The notes under the pieces are model-generated. The model was not told where the DNA came from, made no database searches, and worked only from the letters and a program-made list of their open reading frames with translations. A stretch of 62,443 bases of DNA, filler included, from Rhabdomonas costata (lineage: Eukaryota): NCBI GenBank assembly GCA_019059605.1. It is 37 parts of 37 records of this genome, joined end to end, with 100 filler letters (N's around TTAATTAATTAA, not from the genome) between each part and the next. Parts side by side here need not be neighbours in the genome. Positions count along the whole stretch, not along the records: positions 35,497 to 37,086 come from JAHMHO010012466.1; positions 37,187 to 38,776 come from JAHMHO010012467.1; positions 38,877 to 40,466 come from JAHMHO010012468.1; positions 40,567 to 42,157 come from JAHMHO010012469.1; positions 42,258 to 43,847 come from JAHMHO010012470.1; positions 43,948 to 45,537 come from JAHMHO010012471.1; positions 45,638 to 47,227 come from JAHMHO010012472.1; positions 47,328 to 48,917 come from JAHMHO010012473.1; 29 more parts are not named here. One strand, given 5' to 3'. Positions 36,460 to 49,099 of this stretch are shown here, in pieces; position 1 is the stretch's first letter, and the number at the start of each line of letters is the position of its first letter. Position numbers and translations under genes: made by a program.

Positions 36460-37316
36460 CTGAACAGGAGATAATAGCAATGACAGAGAGCTCTTCAGCA
36501 AAAAAAAGCGCACGGGAATCAGAAGTATTAGCAAAGACCGTTGGACTGTCAGGACTTTGCAGAAGAACGTCAGAATTTAGCGAAGGGCAGTCACACACTA
36601 ATGTAACGAATGCATTGAAATCCCAACGCAAACCCTTGCATACACGAAGCCGATTATGCGAAAACAAGGCCAGTGCGGGAAACGGAGAACTACGAGTAAA
36701 GGAAGCGTTTCCAACCAAACGTTTCCAAGGGCACATGTCAATGCCGGCAGCCGTTAAGGTGGGACAGTGAAGAGCTCAGCTCCCGCATGTGGACGTGAGT
36801 GGGATTCAGCGAGGAGGTTGGGCGGAAAAGGGGGTTACTTTATTTTTATACTCCCTGTGTGTAGACCGGGGGCAAAAACTGACTGCGCATGACGCTCTTT
36901 ACTGTAGGTGACAGGAAGCAGGTTTGGTCCTCTTTGTTTTCTTGTCTTCGCGCGCGTTCTAGAAACACCACTTCGCGCACTTGGCAAAAGACGACTTTTA
37001 TCTGGGGAAGACTCGCGTTTCTCTTCCCCCCGGCTCCTCATCTCCCGGGATCGGTCACCCCATAAGCCGCACGGTTTTCTCACTACNNNNNNNNNNNNNN
37101 NNNNNNNNNNNNNNNNNNNNNNNNNNNNNNTTAATTAATTAANNNNNNNNNNNNNNNNNNNNNNNNNNNNNNNNNNNNNNNNNNNNAAGCAAGGGCGACA
37201 AATACTCTGAATGAGTTTTGGTGTGTTTGCACTTTCGTGGCTACTGTGGTTCGCTTGCTTAATTGAGTTATGCTTTTCGCCGATGTGTGTGTGGGGGGGG
37301 TTCTTTGTGTGACCAG

Positions 37317-37612
37317 GCAAAACCTTCAGTTGCGGGCGGCCACTCGTATCCAGGCTCTTTGGCGGGGTGTGCTGGTCCGGAGGGCCGTCTGGGAGTATCT
37401 GCGGAGTCAGCATGAGATGGTCACCGTGGTGTGTGTGTGCGTGTGTGCGTGCGTGAGGCGTGTGTGTTATCTTTGCATGCTTTGGACTCCAGCCGTGAAT
37501 CGCGGTTTTATTTCTATTTTGGGATTTCTGCTGTTCTTTTTGGGTTGCACAGGCCGCGGTGAAGATTCAGACGATGTTTAGGTGTTGGCGCCAGCTGCGG
37601 CGAAAGGCTTGA
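37317..37612 (+). CDS. IQ calmodulin-binding motif protein (2 exons, partial)
   Basis: Exons 37317-37419 and 37553-37612: AATRIQALWRGVLVRR and AAVKIQTMFRCWRQLRRK. Confidence 0.72.
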
Positions 37613-38889
37613 GTTTATCGTGCATGTCATGTCCACCGTGCCCGTCTATGTGTGCAATTGACACGTGGTCTGTCATTCTCCTTGCGAGAAAACCTGTTAT
37701 TTTCCGTGTTTCTGGACATTCCGGAAAGTGTTTGCGCATGTGCAACTTCACCGCAACGGGGAGAGAACCACAGAGAGGCTGCATACATCAGTAGATGAGC
37801 CCGTGAATCAGGATCACGCACACGCAGATGTTGATTTATTTCTTCCCCCCCGCGCTTCCTTTTTTGACTGTCAAGTCATTTTGGTTGCGACCATCTTCCG
37901 CCGGCGGCCTTAGCGATGCTGGCTACAGCGTCCTCATTGTGTTGTTGTGTATCGGCACAGTAAGTCGCAAGCGAGGTAGTGGTCACTGTGAGCATCCGCA
38001 AAACCCCAACCCTGGCGAACGTGTCCCGAGGGATGCAGATGGACTCCCACCAACTCCAAGCACACCAGTTGAAGGCTTTCACAGGGCACCTGTATGCGGG
38101 GCCCTGGCAGTGGTCATAAGCCAATTCGCGGCATGGAGGTCGTGCTTAACCAAATTGTTGAAAGCGGTAACTTGCCGAGGCCAAGTCCATGGAGCTCTCG
38201 ACTTGGCGATTAACCACAATTTGCGACCAGACAGCATTACTGCATGAAGCATTTCGTTGAGGCTGTTGAGTGATGTTGCAAGGATTCTGTATAGAGGATT
38301 AAACGTGAGCCCCCGTAGGGTCTCAGTGGAACGCATAGTATCCGCCAAAGTCGCCGGAATTGGTGGAAGAGAGAAGAGAAGTAGTGTATCCAGTGACCAT
38401 TGCTTAAATGAGCACACGACAGGTTTCCAAAGTTGAGCGCACAGATTGCTGTCAAAAACGGGCTGCTTCATTGGGAGGGAATGTCCTACAAGCATTGTCT
38501 CATTGCCTGCGAATAGTTACGAGCCTTTCTCACTGATGGAAAGGCGGAACGCCACGTGGTGGCCCAAACGGCATATTTTTCCTTCGTCTTCCGGTTTTTG
38601 TTTTTTTTTCTCGCGCGTTTCTAAAGAGAATAAAAAGTGGGGGGGGTAGTTTTGGGCTATTTCGGCGTATTTCGTGATTGGGTTTTCTTCAACAGAAATT
38701 TTCCTTGAAAACACAGTGCACAACTGTTGTGGTATTCCAATTCGCGACATTAATCTGAATCTGGGACCTCAAAATGNNNNNNNNNNNNNNNNNNNNNNNN
38801 NNNNNNNNNNNNNNNNNNNNTTAATTAATTAANNNNNNNNNNNNNNNNNNNNNNNNNNNNNNNNNNNNNNNNNNNNTTTTTGGGTTTAA

Positions 38890-39015
38890 AGAGCACTTTC
38901 AGCGTCTGTTACCATCGGTCATTGCACTGATCCATAGATTTGAACCTTATTGTTTAACGTCACAGATCTATGGATCAGTGCAGTGACCGATGGTAACAGA
39001 CGCTGAAAGTGCTCT
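38890..39015. repeat. Contig-terminal inverted repeat, 50-bp arms, 26-nt spacer
   Basis: 38890-38939 versus 38966-39015, with one T/G mismatch (38922/38983). Confidence 0.95.
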
Positions 39016-39135
39016 TCAAACACAAAAACAGCACACCAGTACAGCACGGCGGTTTCTGGGATTCAAGATTCAAGGGCATATAGAGTGGCGAGAGAGAAGG
39101 GGGAAGCCACGCGGTTCGGAACGCATGTTCTCAGC

Positions 39136-40053
39136 TCACCACTTCCAGCCCTTCTCCTTCTTCTCCTGCGCGTAGATTTCCATCTGCTTGTAGTAGTCGG
39201 GGTCATCCAGGACGTGGTGGGCAAACATCCGGAAACTTTCCTCCGGGCGGGCGGGATGAAGACCAATTCGCTGCAAGTGAGCATTGAGATGTCAACCAGG
39301 AGCTTTTGAAACACATCGAAGCGAAAACCCGAAAGGAAAGCATGAAGGCGCTGCTGAAGAGAGAGCTGGTCTTCTGCCTTAATTTTTTTCGTCGCCTCCC
39401 CCGTGGCGAAGTGACGAAACGCTGTTTCAACAGTAAGCAAGCATTCAAACAAATGCTGTGCGTGACACACGGTCAAATTAATCAATTTAGCAGTATATCC
39501 CGCGAAACAGACAGCAGATAGCTTCTTTCAGCTACATTTCAGTGTCATCACCCCTGAAATGACGACCGGGCGATGTGGCATGTACAACGCACAGAAAAGT
39601 GCAGCAACGCACATGGATATAGGCGCGAACAGGCTCATTCTGACATCGGTTAAGGCTGTGACTTGGTGCCGACCTACGCAGGGTCGGTGACACATGGCGG
39701 CCTCGGATCAATTTTTATAAACCACCAAACAACCTCAGCTCGCGTGCACCACTAGGGACCTGGCAAAAAAGTTTGCAGAGGAGATCACCACTTCCAACAC
39801 AACACATACACACACATGGCCGCCTTTGCACAAAGCACTGGCGGCTAGCTGGCACAACTAAGGACCTGATAACACAAAAGCATCCAACTGGGGAGGGGCA
39901 CACCGCAGAGTAGAAGAACAGCTTGGTGGCATTGTAGAAGAAGACCACGCCCAAGGCGCCACCCAAACACAGTAGTGCACCGAAATGCTTGGGGGTACCC
40001 CACACCCCAATCAGCTCTCGCAAGGGATGCGGGGGGATCGGGTCGTGACCCAT
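39136..40053 (-). CDS. Apparently complete 94-aa single-pass membrane protein (2 exons)
   Basis: Exon 40053-39904 (ATG...GCG|GTGTGC) and exon 39270-39136 (TTGCAG|CGA...TGG TGA), phase 0: MGHDPIPPHPLRELIGVWGTPKHFGALLCLGGALGVVFFYNATKLFFYSA|RIGLHPARPEESFRMFAHHVLDDPDYYKQMEIYAQEKKEKGWKW*. Confidence 0.6.
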
Positions 40054-43000
40054 GGTTTGGTAACTTTGCAGAAAGATGGATGAAGCAAAGGTGGATGATC
40101 ACTGCGCAAGAGCAGGGGAAAAGGCAGAGGGGAGAGGGCGCAGAGAACGCCGTGTATTCATTGCACACACAATGCTGCACAATCCAGTTTCAAAAGAAGT
40201 TAACGGAACATTTTTCAGACTAGCTTTGGATGGTTGCGTTGTTTTGCATTCGTCCACCTCAACCTTCCACCGGCAACTACCGAACTTGTGCATGCACGCA
40301 ACTACCAACGGCAAGCAACCAATGCACTGCAGAAAAATCTCAGTACTAGGCGAGTCAAGGGGCCTATTCCGTTTCGGATCCGCCCAAAGCATACGCAAAG
40401 CCACAGAGAAGATGATTGTACATTGGCAAAAGCGGGTGCAAGCGTACCAAGTGTACCAACCAACACNNNNNNNNNNNNNNNNNNNNNNNNNNNNNNNNNN
40501 NNNNNNNNNNTTAATTAATTAANNNNNNNNNNNNNNNNNNNNNNNNNNNNNNNNNNNNNNNNNNNNTGTTTGTTTGCCCCATCTCTTGTAATTTTTATGG
40601 ATGTTCCCATTTTATAATTTGCAACCTTGAGTCCTGTGATCTGCCTTTTGTGGGCATCAAAGTGCGGTGCGTAGTAGGAGTCATGTGTGCTGAACAAACT
40701 GAGCGTAGCGACCTGTGCGGCACCGAAGATATCAGGGAAACACAAACATGAGCGTAGCTTTGGTGCATGGGATATCAGCAATGGATTGCGCAGATTAGCA
40801 AAGGAGCATCAGAACAAGGTGCCCATGTCTCAGAGCGTAGTAAAAACTGGCAAAAAGCGGGTAACAAACTTGTCAGCGTAGCGCGGACTGAACTCCGTGA
40901 GCGACGAAGCGTAACTTACGGCTGTTACGTTCGGTTTGCGTACGTTATAGTGTCTGTCTTATATACAAAACTGGTCAGCAGCAGCTGGATATCAGGCCAT
41001 TTTGGACCTCGTCCGGCTGTTACAGTCCAAAGAAGTTCGATATACACCAGTCTCAGTCTTCTGGAAGAGACAGTGAAAGAGACCATGTTATGTTGACAGA
41101 GACGGGAAGATGATATATGGAGTGTAGCTTCGGGATAAGGAGATGACGTGGTACGTGGCAAGTCGTGGAGTAGATTATGTGGCAGTGCTTACCCAGCAGT
41201 AGCTAAGCGGATTCAGCACGGAGAGATTCACATCGATGAGACGGCAACTGGCAACTAGATGGTAAAGTGGGAGGCAGAAATTATACATTAAAGTTGTGGA
41301 CTCAATCCTTGTGGACTAGGATGGTGGAGTGGATGGTTAAAAGCAATTAATGGAAAAAATAGGCTTGTTTTTTTCGGTTTGACGGCCGAATTGGTTGCCA
41401 TTGCAGGCAATGAATTACAAGTTAAACCAACCAACCGTCTAGTAGAAACGTGGAGGTGGATGAGAAAAGGCCAATGCTGAGAGAAATGTGAGAACACGGG
41501 CTTTGATTGGAAGCTCCGACAGCAGCGCAGCGGTGAAAGATAAAGCAGCACAGCAGTGGGGCATGATGTGGGAACTATTTGATAAAGGTGGTGATTTTGA
41601 TATGTAATATGCAATAAATTGGGCTGCAAAAGATTCTTTCTCACAATTTCAGCGAAATTTCCACAAAAAAGCATAGAAAGCTTATGATTACTGCGGGTTT
41701 TTTGTCAAGGTTTGCTTGCAGCCGTTTTTGCGGATTTGTTAGAAGGGAGTGGAGGAAAAGGTTATTTAAATGTAAACATTTTTCTTTTGTGGGTGTTGGT
41801 TTTGTGAGTTTGTTTGTTCAAGGAACGCAGGAACTACTCAGGGTGACTAGGCGGCAATGGGCAAGGATTGCTTGTTCTGGACCCCGTGCACTATGTGTGG
41901 TTGAGAGGTGTTGTTGCATTCTTCTTTGTGTCTTAGCCTTTTTTCCGGGTGGTAAGGCTAGGCCACCGCCATTTGGTTACAAAACTGCCCAGCAGCAGGC
42001 ATGCAAGCTTGCAAACCAGGCAATCCCCCCAGAGGTGCGACATTTGGTAAACCAGACCGGCAGACCAGTAGCCAAATCAGGTCCGTCATGTTTTGGTACC
42101 TCCGCAAGGCCCAAAGGAAGTCCTTGATCAGAAGTCAGTGCGTCTTAAAAAACCACANNNNNNNNNNNNNNNNNNNNNNNNNNNNNNNNNNNNNNNNNNN
42201 NTTAATTAATTAANNNNNNNNNNNNNNNNNNNNNNNNNNNNNNNNNNNNNNNNNNNNCTGCAATCCGCAAAGCAGCAAAACTCTTCCAGAACGCTTCCCC
42301 TTGGGACCCTGCGAGGGTTTCGTTTTGCAACTCCACAGCAAGACAGCCAGGAGTGGTGTGACCATTCATTTGTTCGACTCCAATTCGCGACATCCCCGGA
42401 AGCCTGGTCGCGCCAACAGTGCTCATGGAAACGCAGACCACACCAAATGGGCACAGGGCTCCGGCGGTGCCGTACATCATAAAGTGCGGAGGCCGGGCAA
42501 AAAGAAGCAGTCCCTGGCTTGTTAAAGAAACCTCTCACCTCCGAAAGCTTTTCTGCATGTGCAGATCAGCATATACACCACCACGCACACAGACACACAC
42601 AGAGCGACGTGTGGCGGGCGTATCCCAAGGCGGGCCGTTTTTGGATCGTGCAACTGCTGTGTTGCCGACGGCGAGGGCAGCCCCGCATGGGTTTCATGCC
42701 GTGAATTCGGCAAACTAGAACACAAAAAACAGACACACACAAAGACAAACAGAGAGAGGTTCGATAAAATGAGAGGAGCAGCCGGCACCAAAGTGTATTC
42801 CGGGTGAGCGAATGAGAGAAAAAAACGAGGTCAGCAGCGACAGCAAAGTCACCGCAAACAGAAGAGCCCACCTAAGAACCGGAGTGCACCTGGTGCATCA
42901 TAGAGAGTGCACAGAGTGCACAGAAGTACAGTAGCCACGCAGCCAAAAGATGGAAATATGAGCTGGGGCCCCCTGAAACTCGACAAGAGTCAAGTAAGGG

Positions 43001-43407
43001 GGCGGGAGTCGGGAGGCGGGGAGAGGTTGGCGCAAAGTGCCGCCCACAAGGTGACAGAGACCACGCAGAGAAACCGCTGGCATCGCGGGATACAGTCCGA
43101 CACCAAATGCACGGTGCTGCCACAACAAACCTGATACACACAAACCCACGCGGCACGCCTGAGCTCAGACATGGCCTACGAAAGACCAGAACACTCTTGT
43201 ACTCATTTTTTTTGCTTGTTCCTGACACATTGCTTCGCCAAACTCTGACCCCTCCGCTTCTCTCTTGTTTCTTGCTTTGTTGTGCCATGTGCAACTTTGA
43301 AGGATGCGTCGCTGTACCGGTAGTATGTGCTGCTTCACGCACGCGGTGCTCAATTTTGTGCTGCTCGTTTTCCTAGCGCCGGGCGGGAGTACGGTGGAAG
43401 AGAGCTT

Positions 43408-43693
43408 TTACACCTCCAACGCGGCCCCTCGGAACTCCAGTACGGTGGTGATACCCTGCGCCCGAGTGACCCCGGCCACGCGCAGCCCCGCTCTGGCGAA
43501 GAGCTTCTCGCACTCCCCCAGAGTGCGCTTGCGGCCTCCCTCGGTCATCACCAGCAGGGGGATGTCCCGGACGGGGGTAATCCCCGTGGGGCGGGCGTTG
43601 TCCACGAGGTCCTCTACCACCACGACCCGCCCCGTGAGAGGTTCCATCGCCTCCTTCACACGGCTCAGAATGCGCCCGCACTGCTCGTCGTTC
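43408..43693 (-). CDS. O-methyltransferase (Methyltransf_2, COMT/ASMT-like), last exon
   Basis: (W)NDEQCGRILSRVKEAM...GRVVVVEDLV...DIPLLVMTEGGRKRTLGECEKLFARAGL...VLEF, ending in TAA. TAG| acceptor in phase 2. Confidence 0.8.
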
Positions 43694-43947
43694 CTAAGCC
43701 GGATTGCAGTCAGTTACCCCCACATCATGGGTCATTGGGATCAAAGGGTGGTGCAGCTCTTGCACAACCACTGCGTCCTGCTTCCCATCCTCCGAAACTA
43801 GATAGCCCCACCTGGCCACCCAAAACAGCGGTGAGGGCACGGAGCCANNNNNNNNNNNNNNNNNNNNNNNNNNNNNNNNNNNNNNNNNNNNTTAATTAAT
43901 TAANNNNNNNNNNNNNNNNNNNNNNNNNNNNNNNNNNNNNNNNNNNN

Positions 43948-45464
43948 GGTTGTGGGGATCGGCACGCTGAACCACTCGGGCATCGGCGCCAGGAAGGGCA
44001 CCAGGAAGCCGTACGTCTCATGAATCAGCGTGCCGATCCCCGCGTACACCCCAAGGCTGCCCCCGACGACGCTGAGTGTGTTTCAGAATGAGCTGTGATC
44101 TGCGTGAGTGTGTGTGCGCGCCGTGCGTGGAAGGGCACATGTGCCTCTGTTAACGAAGGGAGGAGGGGGTTGTGAAGTGGTTTCTTCTTCAATATCGTTC
44201 TATTTCCTATAGCTCAATTGATTGTACGAAAAAACGTAATACACACAGCAATGATTTGAATTTTCACGTCACTTTCCGTAAGGGGAGGGGGCCAGCAAAA
44301 ACAATTTTGCAGGTTGCAAACTTTACAGGTTGTTTTTCCCAGCTGTATCCCGAGTTCACCCCCAACCACGCAGAGCCCCTTTCACAGCGGTTTCGTAACT
44401 ACAGACCTGTCATCCGTGCGCTTCCTCGCCCACATCGTGCCTTCCCTTTGACCAAACTCCAGACGCCAGCCTCGTGTGTGCGAAGCGTGCGAAGAAGCGG
44501 CATTGGAATCAGCGAACCTCCCACCGCAGAAGAGTTGCACGGCTTCAGTTCTTCAGAACTCCAATGAACAAGGATAACAAATCGCAGTCGCTGAGGCTGT
44601 GATAACGTCACATAATGTAGAAGTTTCCGGTTGGGCTGGAGCTTTTGTTGAGCTGAACAGACCGGGCTGGAGCTTTTGTTGAGCTGAACAGACCGGGCTG
44701 GAGGTTTTGTGGAGCTGAACAGACCGAAAGGCTGCGGAATACCCCGTGCGCAAACCCTATCCGCTTTGAAGGTGGGCGGTTGCTATCACTTTTTCACTTT
44801 TTCTTCACCACGTCTTCGCACCGTTTGGTGTAAACTCCGCAACAACAGCAGGCATTACGGGTGTGCGTGTGAAATCCGTGCGCAGCCCAGCGCACGCCGC
44901 GTTGCTCGCGACTCCTCACGTGCCCCGAGGTTATCCTACAGATACGCAGTATGCAATCTAAACACGACACCACACATGCTTTCAATCTCGGCGGCGTTTT
45001 GAGATTCCACCAATGTCCCTCTTCCTGCTGCCTGTATTTGTGTGTGTTTGTGTGTGTGCGTGTCAATGCGTTTGCCAACCTGTTCAGACTACCGATTCAG
45101 CTTTCCTTCTGATTTTACTCGTCCGCAACACTCCGCTGCACACTACGTGTAGAAGGCATGTAGGCATTGTTTTGGTGGAGGTCTTTTCTTCTTCCTGCGG
45201 GATTTCAAACCCGCTGCACAAACACAAAAGAAAAACGGACAACTCACACAGCCACTCGACTTCGCGCCCATACAAGGTCCACAGCCCGGCAAACACCAGG
45301 GTCTCGTTGGTGCGGTTCAGCCCCGTCCCCGCGGCGATTAGGAACAGAGCCAGGGTAGCCGCGGCAAAGAGCAGGATGGAGCCAATGTTCTTCCGCATCG
45401 CGATGATCATGAACCCCGTGGTCAGGCAGCCCCACCCACACAGGTAAAACGGGTTCAGGCACCC
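43948..45464 (-). CDS. GPR1/FUN34/YaaH (SatP/Ady2, AceTr) acetate/carboxylate transporter, C-terminal exons
   Basis: Exons 45464-45274 and 44071-43948, with a 1202-nt GT-AG intron: FYLCGWGCLTTGFMIIAMRKN...LFLIAAG...FAGLWTF|VVGGSLGVYAGIGTLIHETYG. Colinear with SatP TM4-6. Confidence 0.8.
44633..44725. repeat. Intronic minisatellite, 3 x 31 nt
   Basis: GGGCTGGAGCTTTTGTTGAGCTGAACAGACC twice, plus a third copy with two substitutions. No spacers. Confidence 0.95.
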
Positions 45465-45714
45465 CTGCGAGACCCCAATCCAGAAGCACCCTACGCACCA
45501 ACATCCTCCCTCGACACAAGAAGCGGTGACACTCCTANNNNNNNNNNNNNNNNNNNNNNNNNNNNNNNNNNNNNNNNNNNNTTAATTAATTAANNNNNNN
45601 NNNNNNNNNNNNNNNNNNNNNNNNNNNNNNNNNNNNNGTGTGGGGGGGTTGTGAAGCGAATAGAAGATCCAGCTGACAGCGGCACGAATCCGGAAACCAT
45701 TGGCTTTCACGGAC

Positions 45715-45891
45715 CTGCTGCTGTTGCCCAAGGTTGCCCCAGTGGTGGACCACTTCCTGAGCCCACCGGAGGTGGGCACCCCCAGAGCCCGAGGAGTCCC
45801 GGTCGGGCTGCTCCCACCCCTCCTCAGGGTCTTCGTCCTCATCCGAGAGGTCGGAAAGGTACAGCGGAGGGTGGGCGGGCCCAAACAGCCC
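45715..45891 (-). CDS. Internal exon of unknown protein (acidic patch)
   Basis: CTGCAG|GGG...CAG|GTCCGT, 177 nt, open: GLFGPAHPPLYLSDLSDEDEDPEEGWEQ... Confidence 0.35.
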
Positions 45892-47532
45892 CTGCAGCGG
45901 AACACACCATCAAAGGTTCACGAGTGGGCGCATCTTCCTAAAAAATCACTTATCGCTCCAGTGGAGGCAGAGTCCTATCACTTTTGCTGATCTTTTTGAA
46001 GACGGAATCGACCACCAACAAAACAATGCAAAAGGCACAACAACAACAACACAGCAGCCCAGCAGAACCACAAGGTAAAATCAATGGAACACACGTACAC
46101 AAAAAGAATCCTCCCACCCCACACAAGGAACAAGAAAAAAAAACACAAAGAGGAAGGAAGCACGAGTTTCAATTGGTCCTTCTTCGTTTTTCACATACAA
46201 CAAAAACTGCAAAATTATGATCATATGGCCCGCGTCATCAGGTAGAGCACAGAAACATAACCTCTTCCACGTAAAAGCCAGTTTTTTCACCACTCTTTTT
46301 AGCTTCAAAGTCCGTAGATGCCAATCTGCACTATTTCCGTTGTGACTTTCTGAGCTGACGCCAACAATATTTTGTTCAAAGACCGGCAGTGCAACCATAA
46401 AGGAGCACCATACCACTGGCTGCACAACCGACGGGCATTCTTTCACAAGAAATGAGCACACATATCTGAGCTAATTCAATGCCCACACAAGCCACATAAA
46501 GATCCCCGAAACCACATTTAGCTCGAGTGCTCATCGTGAAGCGCAGGGCATACCGCGCCATACGGGTTCGGGCACAACCCAGAAAGTAGGGAGCGCACTG
46601 CTTCGCCCCGCGCTGGAAGAAAAGCAAAGGCAAAAACGAATCAAGATGAGCGCACTGAGCCGGCACTGAGTCTGACATGTCCTGATGGTCCGAAGGGGAC
46701 GAAAATTTGCCGGAACTTCACTGCGAGTAACAAAACCAAACCGAAGAAGCCCCCCATCGGCTCAAATCTGACATGGAGCGCCAGTTCCAATTCCTCTCGA
46801 AGAGGGGGTCCTTTCCGTTAAGAAAAAATACATTATCAGAAAGAGTCACACCCAGTTCCATGACAACAACCAGGAAATGACCGAGAAATTCCCCCCAAGT
46901 CCCTTCTTGTCCTTTTTGCACTTCCGCCTCAATCCTCTCCGGTCAAACAGTACGGTATAGTGCCCAGTGCGGTGCATTGGTACCAACTGTCACGCATTGC
47001 AGCAGGTTCCGATATCGAAGAGAAGGTAACTTCCCGGACATGATGTCATCATCACCAATTATGACAAGTTGGAATTCTGATTTGAGAAGCTGCGGCGAGC
47101 AGGACCAGAAAAGCCACCACACAATGATGACACCACACCAGAAGAAGCACGAGGAAGACGGGGGAAACGATGCACCTGGAATGTTTCCCGGGCCGGGCCA
47201 GTAACCGCGAAAGCGATGAGGGTCGGCNNNNNNNNNNNNNNNNNNNNNNNNNNNNNNNNNNNNNNNNNNNNTTAATTAATTAANNNNNNNNNNNNNNNNN
47301 NNNNNNNNNNNNNNNNNNNNNNNNNNNGGGGTTGTGGTCCCAATGAAGGTGCAGGGGGGGATAGAGTTCTCACTTTAGGTTTTTATCTCGCGTTCTCGTG
47401 CCGCTTGCCTTGCGAAGCTTTGTCTTCATATGCATTTTGCAGTCCACCTCGGCCCCTGGACGAACTTCCCCTCCAGTCAAGCTCGGATGAGGAGGACGGC
47501 CCTTCGCCTTCAGCCAGCGGATCCAGACTATC

Positions 47533-48917
47533 ATGGACACGAGTGCAGCCACCCCGCAAAGTAAAGAAAAAGAGGACCAAACCGCAACCCCGCAGAAGAG
47601 CCTCGAAGACTTGAGCAATGAAGAGCGCACACCGCTCTTCCGGCAAGCCAACGCCCGATACCGGGCAGCACACCGGGAACATCAGCGCAAGTACGGGTTA
47701 CAAAAGTTTTCGGATTGAGCCATTCCCCCGCGCCAATGAGAACGTCGGATTACGCGACTTGGTTTTTCGGATAACCCGCCTTGTCCGAATCTTGCCCCTT
47801 GTTTGCAGGGAAAAAAAACTGCGGCGGTTTCTCAATTCGCGCGCTCGATGTGAAACAAATGGCGTCAATGCGTTCCACTTCCACCGGCCGGAGAATATGG
47901 GCAAAAAAAACCATGGACCCTCCTTCGAGTTTTTCGCCATGTATGCCTCGAGCCCGGCGGGCTCATGCTCTTCTGTCCTGCGTAGCCATTGCCCATTGTT
48001 ACCTCGCATCCGGATAACTACAGGAAAACTCCTTTGAACGGGATGAACCCAACGGGACAAACGTCGTTTGAGGCCCACAAGATCTTGCCGGTCGGGCTTC
48101 GCCCTTCGGCTAAAGGGAAAAGTCCCAGCGGCGAGCGCCTCAAAGTTCCTTTGCGACCACCGGTGTCCGCAGGATCCGCCCTGGTTTCGGAATCCACGGG
48201 AACCCGTTCGGAGGAACCTTTGGATGGCAACCCGGAACGACATTGATGCCAAAGACCCATCAACAGACCCCAGCCAAAAAAACCTCATTCGATTTTGCGG
48301 CGCGCGAGAACAGCGGTATCAAATTTGTTTAATCGATGGTGACCATGGGTCGTCTAACAGGAGCACAAACGAGATTTTCCTACTCCCCCAACCACGCCCA
48401 GTGGCACCCATCACTATTGAGCGAACGACACTCCGCTGCGGAAAAACACCTTGACGAGGGACGAGCCATCACCACCTGAGCGCAAATCCGATTATCGGAG
48501 GCTGAACGACAACAGTCGAAGCAGAGCTTTGGCGAGCCGCTGTCCACAATCAGCCCATACCCCGAGACTTCGAGCTTCGTCCATGAATGTCGAGTCGTAC
48601 GGCCAGGAAACAACACCCGGTGGACTAACCGCGCATATCCGACCTCGACGCCGATCCACCCGGGCATTATTTTACCAGCTACCGACAAACCATGGTTGAT
48701 CCCACCCCTTAACCCATCCCAACCTCCGCCCCGAGCCACACCAAACCGCCGAACTTACACCATTGAAAAGGCAACGCGCTGGTACGACGAAAAACCAGGC
48801 AAATACCAAGCAGCTCTGGACAGAATTCTGAACGACCATCGGCTTTTCCAACACCGAGTTTTTGAAGAGTTTCAGTATAATATGGCCCGACGGACTCAGC
48901 CTTTATACAAAACAACA
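47533..48917 (+). pseudogene. Possible decayed intronless coding sequence (mobile-element-derived?)
   Basis: About 1.4 kb of consecutive + strand frames broken by stops and frame changes, with no intron-like tracts. No domain recognised. Confidence 0.2.
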
Positions 48918-49024
48918 NNNNNNNNNNNNNNNNNNNNNNNNNNNNNNNNNNNNNNNNNNNNTTAATTAATTAANNNNNNNNNNNNNNNNNNNNNNNNNNN
49001 NNNNNNNNNNNNNNNNNGTTTTTT

Positions 49025-49099
49025 TTGCTGCTTCGCAGATCTCTACCAGGAAGGCCACGGTGCCCTCGAAGAGCGTGGCCGAGATCTGCGAAGCAGCAA
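49025..49099. repeat. Contig-terminal inverted repeat, 19-bp perfect arms
   Basis: TTGCTGCTTCGCAGATCTC (49025-49043) versus 49081-49099. The right arm spans a splice acceptor. Confidence 0.9.

Noticed and set aside
44633..44725. 31-nt repeats as a CRISPR array
   Set aside because: The units are directly adjacent with no spacers, lie inside a eukaryotic intron, and there are no cas genes.
42258..45537. O-methyltransferase plus acetate transporter as a metabolic gene cluster
   Set aside because: They sit on different contigs separated by a linker, so adjacency is arbitrary.
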